From NCBI GenBank assembly GCA_951406725.2, contig OX597816.1:54560001-54624000 (forward strand): a stretch of 64,000 bases of DNA, in the 5' to 3' direction. The translations under genes and the position numbers were made by a program. Below are positions 1 to 11,949 of this stretch, one piece after another (positions within the stretch are counted from its first letter, which is position 1; each line of letters starts with the position of its first letter). The stretch comes from Octopus vulgaris (taxonomy: Eukaryota). The notes beneath the pieces were generated by a model. The model had not been told where the DNA came from and did not search any database. It saw nothing but the letters and a program-made list of their open reading frames with translations.

Positions 1-61
1 GACCGTAGTCAAATGACTGAAACAAGTAAAAAAAAAACATATTTGTATACAGACACATATA

Positions 62-476
62 GGCGCAGGAGCGGCTGTGTGGTAAGTAGCTTGCTTACTG
101 ACCACATGGTCCCGGGTTCAGTCCCACTGCGTGGCACTTTGGGCAAGTGTCTTCTGCTATAGCCTCGGGCCGACCAAAGCCTTGTGAGTGGATTTGGTAG
201 ATAGAAACTGGAAGAAGCCCGTCGTATATGTATATATATATATATATATGTATGTGTGTATATGTTTGTGTGTCTGTGTTTGTCCTCCCAGCATCGCTTG
301 ACAACCGATGCTGGTGTGTTTACGTCCCCGTAACTTAGCGGTTCGGCAAAAGAGACCGATAGAATAAGTACTAGGCTTACAAAGAATAAGCTCTGGGGTC
401 GATTTACTCGACTATAAAGGCGGTGCTCCAGCATGGACACAGTCAAATGACTGAAACAAGTAAAAGAATAAAAGAA
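62..476 (+). mobile_element. tRNA-derived SINE, family A (octopus OR-type/CORE-like), near full length
   Basis: Pol III A box-like CGGCTGTGTGG and B box-like GGTTCAGTCC; CORE-like TTGGGCAAGTG; internal (TA/TG)n; 3' tail GGCGGTGCTCCAGCATGG...GAAACAAGTAAAAGAATA. Near-identical reverse copy at 57651-58056. Positions 1-38 carry the tail of another copy. Confidence 0.9.
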
Positions 477-574
477 CACACACGTGTGTGCATGTGTGTG
501 CATATGTATACGTGTGTGCGTGTGTGTGTGTGTGTGTGTGTGCGTGCGTGTGAGTTTACGTAGTTGTGTGTCTC

Positions 575-760
575 ACGTCTGTCGTCCGGTGTTCGTTTGC
601 TTCGGTCCCCGTAACATAACGGTCCGGCAAAATTATACCGATAGAAAAAGTACGGACTACTGATAAATCCTCGGATCGGTGTGATCGACTAAATAATATT
701 CTTCAAAGTAGTACCCCAGCATGGCCGCAGTTTATTGAGTAAAACAAGTGAAAGAATAAA
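575..760 (+). mobile_element. SINE family A, degenerate 3' half
   Basis: CCCGTAAC...CCGATAGAA...CCCCAGCATGGCCGCAG...AAACAAGTGAAAGAATAAA aligns to the 3' half of 62-476. Confidence 0.75.
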
Positions 761-1239
761 GGTTTGTCACGTACGCACATACATGGCACAAAGACACGAC
801 ACACAGACACACATTACTGTATGGTATGGAAGGAATAACATCTCTAAACCTATATACAGATGCATGTATGTAGCAGCCAGTGCAGTTCTGGTTGTAAATA
901 TTAATGGCTGCACCATTGTTATGATGCAGGTGAGATGTATGCAAAGATCTGGCAGGTAGTTCTAACAGAAGCAACGTTTATTGAGGAATGCGGCTTCAAT
1001 TAGCTTCAGCTGAACCTGAATACAATTGGTAGAAAAAGATTGAAATAATAAGAGTAATTAATTTAATGAAGCAGCAAAGGTAAAGAGGAAAGGCAAGGTA
1101 ATGATGGAGAGAGAGAGTATAATTGAAGGGTCGTGTGAGGTGGGTGTGGGTTGTTTGATGTGTTTAAGGAATAGAAATGTTTGGAATGTGGAAAATGTTG
1201 AAATAATGGACTCTGGATAAATGTAGGAGCATCTGCTGT

Positions 1240-1276
1240 AACAACAACAACAACAACAGCACCTGCAACCATTGCA

Positions 1277-1366
<90 letters not shown>

Positions 1367-1393
1367 ACTACCACTACTACTACTACTACTACT
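1240..1393. repeat. Compound trinucleotide microsatellite (ACA)n/(CTA)n/(CTG)n
   Basis: Directly visible; explains the poly-S/L/V ORFs. Confidence 0.95.
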
Positions 1394-2529
1394 ATACTTT
1401 GAAAGTACTTTCTTAAAAGTCGTTTGTGGGGGAGGACAAAACATACATTATTGTAGAGATAGTAGCAACATTCTTAGTTTACATGTTGGGATGTTGTCGG
1501 CACGAACGTCTTCGATATGTTTAGGATTACAGTTGACCTAGGCTAAACAATCCCAATCGTAATACCCCCACCACTTGTCACTCCTACCACTACCATTAGC
1601 AATACTTGCAAAACTGCATTCCGTTTATTTTGAGAATCTGGGAGGAGATCCGTGGCATTCTTCAAAAGGTTGAATGATTTCCCAGAATGCTCACATCTAC
1701 ATTACATTCTAAGACAAGATCTTCACTTATGTTTACATATATGGATGTGTTTTTTTTCGAAATTTCAATTATTTTTTGTAAGGCTTCATAAAATGAAATA
1801 TAAATGTGGAATATTAAAAGGGAAGTATAAATGCTATGTGGAAGAGATAATATATTTTAATTTTTATTTTCTTATAAGTGAAAATGTTTTAATTTTAGAG
1901 AAGCAAAAAGAATACTGGATTCAGAGGGAATCATTCATATGACCTTCTGAGACCCAGCAGCTATGAGGATTAAAATAACTCAACGGATTAAAGAAATCAC
2001 AAAGTTTCCAGGGATTGGATTGGCAGTATTAAATCTGTCAGACGCCACAAAGAAGTTTTAAGCATTTCATTTTAACCAACGCCTTCTTTAAGAATAAATT
2101 CCTCTACAAATCCCTATTTAGAGATCATGTTTTCTGTCGGATCTCCTCAATATCCAAAGGTCCCAGATTTCCTAGGCATCAAGGAAATATGTCAGCCGTG
2201 TATAATAAAATTACAATATAGAATTAAACACGAAAATTACTCAGAAATTCATTTGCATATTATTAGCTGTACTTATCAATATTTCTGGCATGAATTCAAT
2301 TGATCTGTTGTAGAAAACAACGGTTAATGGAAAAACTTGGCTGGGAAAACGCTGCTAGAGATGATTAGAGAAGGGCTTTAGTGACGATCGACTGGGTTCG
2401 AATCCAGATTTCAGCATGGAGAATAGTTTCTCTCATATCGAGGATTATGCAGGATTTCTAAAAAATCTTTATTTTGCCTATACTGTTCCCAATATATACC
2501 GGTAGGAAATTCCTGGTACAGATTTCGTT

Positions 2530-3485
2530 AGAGTGCTTTGAAATAAATCCAAGGCTCCACATCTTAAGATTTTATTCATGTTTTCCAAAGGAAGAATTAT
2601 TTAGACAATTGCCATCTCTCACTTGCATTATCTTCATATTTGTATGTTGGCATATCTGTGTTTCGCGACAAAACATTTTGAGTAAAAATAGTTCCCGGTG
2701 TTTCTAAATATGTAGTTGGGTTTTTGTGTTGATTGAACTGTCGATGCCTTCAACCACAACAAAGTATGTGCGTTTATTCACCTAAAGAATCTCAGATGGA
2801 GAATCTTTGGGATAAGATTTCATTTGAAGCATCCGCATTAGTTTCTTTTCCTCTTTCTTCGAAAAACCTAATATTTCTAAAATTTGTTGGTACATAACCT
2901 GATGCACCTATGAGGAAAGGTGCAAATGAGAATTCATTGTCAAGGTACAAGAGCTGAAAGTTTCGCATTTATTCTTTGTAAGTGTTCTCTTTTTCTTGAA
3001 CTTTCGATTGTACATTCAAATCCACTGAGCAGCTAATCTCTTCAACAGTGCATGGCCTTTATTCCCTGTCTCACAGAACAATATCAGGTCTATTACGTTT
3101 GCACAGAAATAGTGATTTTATTGGAGTGTTCCACCAGTATTCTTTGTTTTTTAATGTTTGAATACTCGTTGGTTCCGACATGCATTTGATGTATCCGTTA
3201 TGACAATTCTTCCTGCTGATTTCATTGTAAATAAGTTTTGCAACTATATAATGTCTCAGCTGTATGTAGTATTTTGGGGCAGCTGATGATGACGGTGATA
3301 TCTTCCATAGCATTATAGGATAACCTGCATTTTCTATAACAGCGTGGAGGCATATTTGTCTGTCTTGTTTATCTGGTATTCCGTTGCTATATCCTATTTA
3401 TGAAGAGCAGAGACATGTCCTTCTATGTGGGAGGTAATGCATCTATCATAGGCCTGGGAGAGGTTACTTTTCCTGTCACGGTATG
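2530..3485 (-). mobile_element. R4/Dong-clade non-LTR retrotransposon, 5'-truncated 3' end (CCHC knuckle, RLE endonuclease, 3' UTR), degenerate
   Basis: Minus-strand translation CYRKCRL..EDITVIISC, RHYIVAKLIYNEI, EYWWNTPIK..CKRNRPDIVL, CTVEEISC (PD-D/ExK RLE). Homologous to 60388-61020 and 46450-47090. The GGAGCCTTGGAT 3' UTR motif is at about 2545-2560. About 120 bp of unrelated sequence interrupts at 2705-2815. Confidence 0.8.
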
Positions 3486-3499
3486 TCAGTATATATGCT

Positions 3500-4700
3500 T
3501 TTTCACTAAAAAGAATAGAAATGAATTATTTGATGTCATTATGGGAAACCATGGTGGAGTAGATGTAGCGGATCTGGTTGGTCCCTACATTCAGCATATC
3601 GTTAACAATGAAATAGAAGCTGCCAGCATATACAGGGACGACAGTGTAGCAGTAGTATGTAATATTGGTAGCGATATGGATTATATAAGAAAAAAATATG
3701 CAAAATATTTAGTAAACACAATTAGTAAAATACTACAATATTTAGTAAAAAAACTACATCTTGTACTAATTTAATAAGTTAGTCTCCTCCATATTAATAT
3801 GCTTCCTACTTAGTATAGTACTCTCCATAAACCAAGAATACCTAGTAGAAACCCTAACCATTCACAGAGGCCAATAATCAAATAATTAGTTAATAGCATT
3901 AATAAGTTTGTTTCCAGCATATCTTCTGGATGAAGTAATTTTCAAAAAGACAGACATATATTACAACGTCGCATTAGAAAATCTAACTTTAAGTATAATA
4001 TTAGCTACATCGAACAAAACGTAACAAAGTCAAAAGGATGTTGGCATAAGAAAATATTATGGCATAATAGTCCATGCAGCATGAATATGGCTAAAATTAT
4101 GTGGCTAGAAAATTTCTGAAACTTATAGATACCCACTTCTAATTCTCACATAAATATAACACGATCTTCAATAAGAATAAGTTAAAATTTAGCAATAGTT
4201 GCTCCCCAAGATAGTGTCTATGATTTTCACTCGCAATAAGAATAATAAATTTAGCAACACCCATCATAAACCTTGTAACTGTACATATTCCGATAACAAA
4301 CCTTTGAACAAAATGTGATTTGAAAAAGAACAAGGCTAATATCACTGACTTGGGACGAGATCATAAAAGAATTAGAGTAGAATGACTGGAAATACTTTCA
4401 AGGAAAGGTACACGCCACAATAAACATCATTGAGCGATAAGGACAAAAGATATGCAATAACTTTATCCGATATTTTATAAATATAGACATGTAAACAAAT
4501 ACCCTATAAGCTGGGGAAACACAGCTAAGAGCAGGGGACGATGTAGCAGGTGCAACCTCTGTATCAGAGAAATTCAACATAGTAACATCAACAGTGAATA
4601 TTGTAAACTTTAAGGATGAAACAGTTTTCTCTTGCATGTACAAACAACAACTTAACTACAAAATTTCCAACGTCACTTCTCTTCCACTCTGCCACCAGGA
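3500..4700 (+). mobile_element. Penelope-like element remnant (RT C-terminal half + GIY-YIG endonuclease), frameshifted
   Basis: FDVIMGNHGGVDVADLVG..IYRDDS (PLE FDVxMGxxDGAEVCELVG...YRDD); KILWHNSPCS..KFLKLIDTHF..IFNKNKLKFSNSC; MTGNTFKERY and RCNLC of the GIY-YIG region. Confidence 0.85.
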
Positions 4701-5127
4701 TAAATTCTGGACATAGATTATATATACAATATGCATAATAGACAAATATTCCCAGGGATTCATGGTAGAATTCTAAATTGCACAGGTAACGTATACATGA
4801 CATATATTCAAGATATCTGATTCTGATAATATATATGTATATGAATTTGCAAATATACTTTTATGAACTAACAACAGCATAGCCTAATTTGCATTCAAAA
4901 TCCGTGGAAATCACATAAATGATTAGATACACGTACATCAGCAAAACGCACGTTAGATACATGGATTTATAAATATGGGCATAGGTAAACTTTCTCGTAT
5001 AATGTAATTAATGTATGCTAAAATGTGAGGGAAGAAAAGTATAAAAGAAAAGTAAAGGAAGATTGTGAAATGTGGTTAAGAAGAGAGTGAGTTCGTGAAA
5101 GAGAGAGAAGAAAAATAAGACGTCGAC

Positions 5128-5583
<456 letters not shown>

Positions 5584-5609
5584 TCTAAAATATTTAACCA
5601 GCACTCCAT

Positions 5610-5912
5610 CATTTACGACGGCGTGAGTTCGAGTTGATCCGATGAATGGAACAGCAGCCTGCAGGTGAAATTAACTTGCAAGTGGTTGAGCACTTCACAG
5701 ACACACGTACCCTTAGCGTAGTTCTTAGGGAGATTCAGGGTGACACAAAGTGGGACAGGGCTGGCCTTTTGAATTACAGGAACAACTTATTCTTACCAGT
5801 TGAGTGGATTGGAATAACGTGAAATGAAGTGTCTTGCTCAAGGATACAACGCTTCGCCGGGAATCGAATTCCCGATTGTGATCCGAACACCCGAAACACT
5901 AAACCACGTGCT
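5610..5912 (-). mobile_element. tRNA-derived SINE, family C
   Basis: Reverse strand has GTGGTTTAGTG A-box-like and ATTCGATTCCC B-box-like motifs, then TTGAGCAAGACAC; homologous to 55380-55686. Confidence 0.8.
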
Positions 5913-6255
5913 TTTACTCTAGAATATTTACTTTGATATTGAATAACAACTGGACGAAAGAGAAAGCGTTATCTCAGGTAAAACAAGAGATGGCATGCAA
6001 TAGTGTTTTGACTGCAGCTGTATTACTTAGTAAACAGAAACAGATGCATTATTGAGTCTCAGTTTTATGGCAGAATATTCTGGTCAATTATTTCCTTATC
6101 GTCATTATGTCTGCAACATTATTTAGAATTATGGATAGTTGAAATACATCTGATAACATCACTATATTCTCCATACATCTGCATTTCAAAGGAAATATAT
6201 CAACGAAGCAAACATAATGAGACACTATAAAGTCATAGAGGAATCTCTCCTTATA

Positions 6256-6267
6256 TACATACATACG

Positions 6268-6328
<61 letters not shown>

Positions 6329-6340
6329 TATATGTATATA

Positions 6341-6428
<88 letters not shown>

Positions 6429-6752
6429 ATATGTGACACAGCTTCAGGGACACTAGATGCTCTTACTAAACAGAGTTGTCAGCAGCAAGTGAAAAGTATA
6501 TTCTAGAATTATAATAATTACATTGTAAGGAGAAATGCTGCTAAAAATTACTGGTAGATCGAATTTAAAGTAGATCTTTAGAAATATGGAAAAATACAAC
6601 TAAGGATAAACCAAAAAAAAAAAAAAAAAGAAAAAGAAAAAGGAAATATTGTTAAAGAAGCGAAGAAATAATCCGTGGTAGAGTTTATTAGATTTTTGTT
6701 TAATTTCAGCAGCAAACATCAGGGAATGATTGAGACGAGAAAGATCACTTTC

Positions 6753-6800
<48 letters not shown>

Positions 6801-6828
6801 TCGTTATATTTCTCTCTCTCTGGCTTTA

Positions 6829-6867
<39 letters not shown>

Positions 6868-7075
6868 CTTCATATTCCCTCTTTTTCTCTCGTTCTCCCG
6901 CTTTATCTCTATCTCTGTCTCACTCTCACTTTATACCACACTCTCTCTCTCGTTCTCTTGCTTGAAACATACCGCTCTCTCCCGTTATTTATCTCTCATT
7001 CTCTCGTTCTCTCACTTAATCTCTCTCTCTCTCTCACTTTATATCACACTCTCTCTCATTCTCTCAATCTTTCTC
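6256..7075. repeat. (TA)n, (TTTC)n and (TC)n simple repeats
   Basis: Directly visible. Confidence 0.9.
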
Positions 7076-7302
7076 GGGGAGTAGGTGACATTTTTCAAAT
7101 GGTTCAACATTTCCTTTCGGTTACATACACACAGCTTTATATATTTACATGTGCACACACAAGTACATTGTACATACTCACACATATGACTTCCATACAT
7201 GTATGCATAACGATATTAAACATGAATTTATACATGTGGAAATGCGTGCTACTATGTGCTACATACACTTATATACCGGCAAGTGTAGTGTGTATGCGTA
7301 AA

Positions 7303-7346
<44 letters not shown>

Positions 7347-7418
7347 TTTATGCATACAAACTACACATATATAGATAAATTTTTGCCCGTATATAAGTGT
7401 ATGTAGTACATACACTTA

Positions 7419-7621
7419 TGATGATGACGGTGATATCTTCCATAGCATTATAGGATAACCAGCATTTTCTATAACAGCGTGGAGGTATATTTGTCTGTCT
7501 TGTTTATCAGGTATTACGTTGCTATATCCTATTTATGAATAGCAGGGACATGTCCTTCTAGGTGGGAGGTAATGCATCTATCAGAGGCCTGGGAGAGGTT
7601 ACTTTTCCTGTCACAGTATGT
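7419..7621 (-). mobile_element. R4/Dong fragment duplicating 3284-3486
   Basis: About 200 bp direct repeat with only scattered substitutions and the same 5' truncation point. Confidence 0.85.
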
Positions 7622-8166
7622 ATATATATATATGGTAAATCCCAAAAAGATGAACAAGCAAAAAACAACAATGCGAGGACGTGGTACATGTAAAGTATAA
7701 GCAGATGCTCACACACACAGGCACACACATACTCACATACACACATACACACACATACACTCACATACACTCACATACACACACATACACACACAGACAC
7801 AGACGCACGTATATCTACACATATGTACCTGTGCATGTGCGTTTATTTGTATATATATATGTGTGTATAACACCAAGCCACAAATTGTCTTCTATGTTTA
7901 ATAAAGTTGTTTGCATAAATTACACACAATCGTGCTTAACAATATTCAACCAATCCATCATAATTTGTCTGATGCACATACACACGCACGCGCACACACA
8001 CACAGAAATACACACGCACACGCACAAACACACACATACATAAATGTGTAATGTGCATAATAATATGCTTAAACATACACAGTAGATATACCTTCAGACA
8101 GAGGCATAAGAACAGTAACAGGAAACAAACGCCAAATACAATTTCACACATACGCACATCTATCTT

Positions 8167-8201
<35 letters not shown>

Positions 8202-8276
8202 GTGTATGTATGTATGTACGTATGTATATATATATATATATGTATGTGTATGTATGTATGCATGTATGTATGTATG

Positions 8277-8336
<60 letters not shown>

Positions 8337-8665
8337 TAAATATATGAGGTTATAAGAGATAATGGTGTCATTGAGACCCAAAGATATCAGGTAATGCTGA
8401 ATAAGTGCTATAGACAGACCATAGTTAACTTCCAGATTCGGTAATATTGCGAATAAAGTGTTCAACGTTGGTTCTATGTCAGCGTGTGTATCTAAGAATT
8501 TTTTGCGTAATGAGATAAAAAGAACCAAAGGTGTATAGATATTAGAGCATTTATAGATAGAAGGTCTTACAGCTAATGTCTTAATGCTCTAATATCTATA
8601 CAGCCTAAATGCTCTAATATCCATACAGCCTTGTTTTTTTTTAAATCTCTGCGCAAAAAATTCTT

Positions 8666-8712
<47 letters not shown>

Positions 8713-9226
8713 CAGGGATCGAGATGTAGGAAGAAAGTTAGCTTCAAGCAATCCATGGTAAATAAAAAAAAAACTACTTTCAGGGACAATACGGGTTTAT
8801 TGAGACGGAAATTTGCAGAATGTTTTCGTAACGTTGTACGTTAAACAGATAAAAAGTTCCTTTTGCATTTCACGGTGCGAGTAAGAATACAAGAGTTAAG
8901 GAATGGATGTAGATGAATCCGGGCTACATAAGCTCCATAGCGAGTGGAACTTCAGAAGTGGTAAATATCCAACCGAGATGTATACTACAGGCTACTCTTC
9001 AAGCCAAGGATATCTTGATTAACTGAAAGTTTACAAGGTCGCAATGCAGTGCATGTTAAAACATGGAAGATTTAATTAGAATGTGTAGAAAACGCAGAAG
9101 AGGAGAATATAAATGTTGAGAGAAATAAGGATTAAGAGGAGGAAAATGAAAAAAAAAAAAAAAAACGATATAAGGGAGTGAGAGGAAGGAAGAATTTAAG
9201 CATGGTCATTTGACCGGTAGTATTCA

Positions 9227-9444
9227 GGCGGCGAGCTGGTACAATCGTTAGCACGCCGGGTGAAATGCTTAGCAGTATTTCGTGTGCGGTTACGTTCTGA
9301 GTTCAAATTCCGCCGAGGTCGACTTTGCCTTTCATCCTTTCGGGGTCGATTAAATAAATACCAGTCACGCACTGAGGTCAATATAATCGACTTAATCCGT
9401 TTGTCCCCCCTGTGTTTAGCTCCTTGTGGGTAGTAAAGAAATAG
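9227..9444 (+). mobile_element. SINE family B with target-site duplication
   Basis: GGCGGCGAGCTGG..GAGTTCAAATTCCGCCGAGGTCGACTTTGCC..; flanked by TAGTATTCAG direct repeat (9218-9227 and 9442-9451); many copies in the window. Confidence 0.9.
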
Positions 9445-9599
9445 TATTCAGTGGGACTGTTTTGGCCGAATCACAGAAATTAGCAAGGGGAGAGGTATTT
9501 GAAAAAAAAAATAACACGGAGAGAAGAAGGTGGGGAAGAATCGTGGCGGCTACTACTGGATTTCAATTGTGTAATGTATATTATGTGCGGTCAGTTTAT

Positions 9600-10190
9600 G
9601 AAGTAGAAGAGGTGTATGTTGGCGTATATACATGTATGTTTGCTGGTAAAAATTATATTGCTGCGTTCATTAATATTATCTATGCATTGCAAAATATCTA
9701 AGACATCGGCTATGCAGAGATCACACTTGTTATTATGGGTTGTTGTATGTCTTGGCGTGGGTAACTGCGGACCACTTACGAGTGTAAGGCGTTGAATCAA
9801 TCTTTAATGATAAGTTGAGATAACGAAGTACTGTTGGATTTTGCTTGGGACTTGAAACTAGACTTGTGGTTGCTTACTCTAGCTTTGAAGGTGGTGCTAC
9901 ATGAGCCGATATATATGTGGTTACAGTTGGTAGTTGGAACTGTACACTTAGATATGATGGTTTTTGTGAGATAACGGTTATCTAAAGAACAGGAAGTTGG
10001 GTGTCTGAAGAAGCATAGGCTTGTAGGGGATGTTTCGGATGAACCTGTGAGGGGATTGCTATTTAGTGAGGAACCGGGGTTAGGTTTGTTATTACTGCTG
10101 GCGTTAAGACTAATATTTGTTAAGGAGTTGAGGGTGGTGTTGTGGGGTTAAATGATATGTTAATTATTGTGCTCGGTGGTTAAAATTCCA
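9600..10190 (-). mobile_element. Penelope-like GIY-YIG endonuclease remnant
   Basis: Minus translation C..LDNRYLTKTIISKCTV..HIYIGSCSTTFKARVSNHKSSF..NSTSLSQ..NNKCDLC. Confidence 0.85.
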
Positions 10191-10201
10191 TTTATTTATC
10201 C

Positions 10202-10261
10202 GTGCAGCTGATGATAGCATTGCTCAATTAAAGGGAACTGCTTGAGACGATCGTACTGCAT
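10202..10261 (+). ncRNA. Type I hammerhead ribozyme motif (one core substitution)
   Basis: Stem I GTGCAG/CTGCAT; CTGATGA; stem II AGCA/TGCT; GAGAC in place of GAAAC; palindromic stem III ACGATCGT; GUA cleavage triplet. Confidence 0.7.
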
Positions 10262-11166
10262 CGCTACATTATAACGTGTTGCTTATTTTGATTTTATCCG
10301 CCTTACTTCAAGCTGTAGCAACACAATCCCCTTATACGTAAACCAATGAAGTTGTAGACTCAGTGTAGTGTGTGTGTGTGTGTGTTTGTGTGTGTGTGTA
10401 TGTGTGTCTGTGTGTCTGTGTGCGTGTGCGTGTGGTTGCAGCGCTATTACAGATGTATAAATGCCGCACCTATGTGAGTCTAGAATTCTTCTAATATTCT
10501 TGTCGCATACGAAGTTGATTTATGCAAATGTAGGAAGTATATGTTATGTTGTTGTTTAGTCCTGTCTCAGCTGTGTTGGAGCAGAGCTATGAATCAAATA
10601 TAACCAGGGAATACAGCATCGCTTTATCTAGCGGTGTTTACTTGTTGAAAACGGCAGTCGTAACGTGAAGAGAGGCGGCTACATAGAGTTTCTTTGACTG
10701 GTGATAAGAACGGGTGTCGGTCCATGTATGTAATTGCTATATTATCGACGGAAATTGTCACATGAATCCAATAGTGGTGTATTTGTATTGCATTTCAAAA
10801 TATGTGTTGAGGAAATCAGAATAATTATTAGTTTATTTTTCTTTTTCATCCGTTTCTCAATGAATTCTTGAAAGTACAACATTTCAAATATATTTCTATT
10901 GACATCTATATTCTATAAGTCTGCAACAGAAATATGCCAGCCATTTGTTAACATTTAATTTACTTTGGCAGCTCATTTTTGCCACATGATTTATTGCTTT
11001 TTTTTTCATCGTATTAAAACTGACTCTTTGTAAGTTAACTTTTTTTTTATTTTATTTCCACATTTTACAGACTAAATTGATGTTTTAGCGTACACAATTA
11101 CTCTTATAATTTACGGCGCAAGCACAGATCACCACAGAATGTATATATATATATATATATACATAC

Positions 11167-11234
<68 letters not shown>

Positions 11235-11357
11235 GCATACATGCATAAATATATGCTTATATATATATATGTACGTGAGTGTGTGTATACATATGTATAT
11301 ATCTCTCCATATAAATATAATATATATATATATATATATAATACATACATTCATATG

Positions 11358-11415
<58 letters not shown>

Positions 11416-11660
11416 CCACCAATGTTAAATCTCTGAGCGAGAAGTAAACAGTAAACAGTAGCATGGAATCATGAAATACATTTGCCAACTAAATGTGACG
11501 GTCCCATAGAGGACGATGCTACTGTTGGCTTTATCCCTAGAAGGAATCTCCTCCACCTGGCTAACGATGCACTGTTGCGAAGGGGAATCATCGTTTCTAT
11601 CACTAACCTTACGTGATGCACACAAACCCGAGATTCTGGGTAGTAACCCCTCATGACGGG

Positions 11661-11753
<93 letters not shown>

Positions 11754-11949
11754 ATATGAATGCCATGGCACCCGGACGTGTTTTCATTGCTCTGTTTAGT
11801 AAGTAGTTAAGGAAACAGAAAACATATCAATTCAAACATCTCTAAATTTTAATTCCTAATTCTTGCGAAAGCTGCGATAAGAAATCAACAGAAGATTAAT
11901 TGTGACTCCATACTGCTTGCAATAACCTGTGGAAAAAGAAATAATTTTT

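Noticed and set aside
1652-1990. KEYWIQRESF resembling a GIY-YIG C-terminus
   Set aside because: Too short and degenerate to support a call.
2355-2410. GGGTTCGAATCC B-box suggesting a tRNA gene
   Set aside because: No cloverleaf or acceptor stem; at most a decayed SINE head.
2570-2640. Minus-strand CLNNSSFGK resembling the DNA polymerase B KxxxNSxxGK motif (Polinton)
   Set aside because: It lies in the 3' UTR of the R4/Dong copy, and no other polB motifs are nearby.
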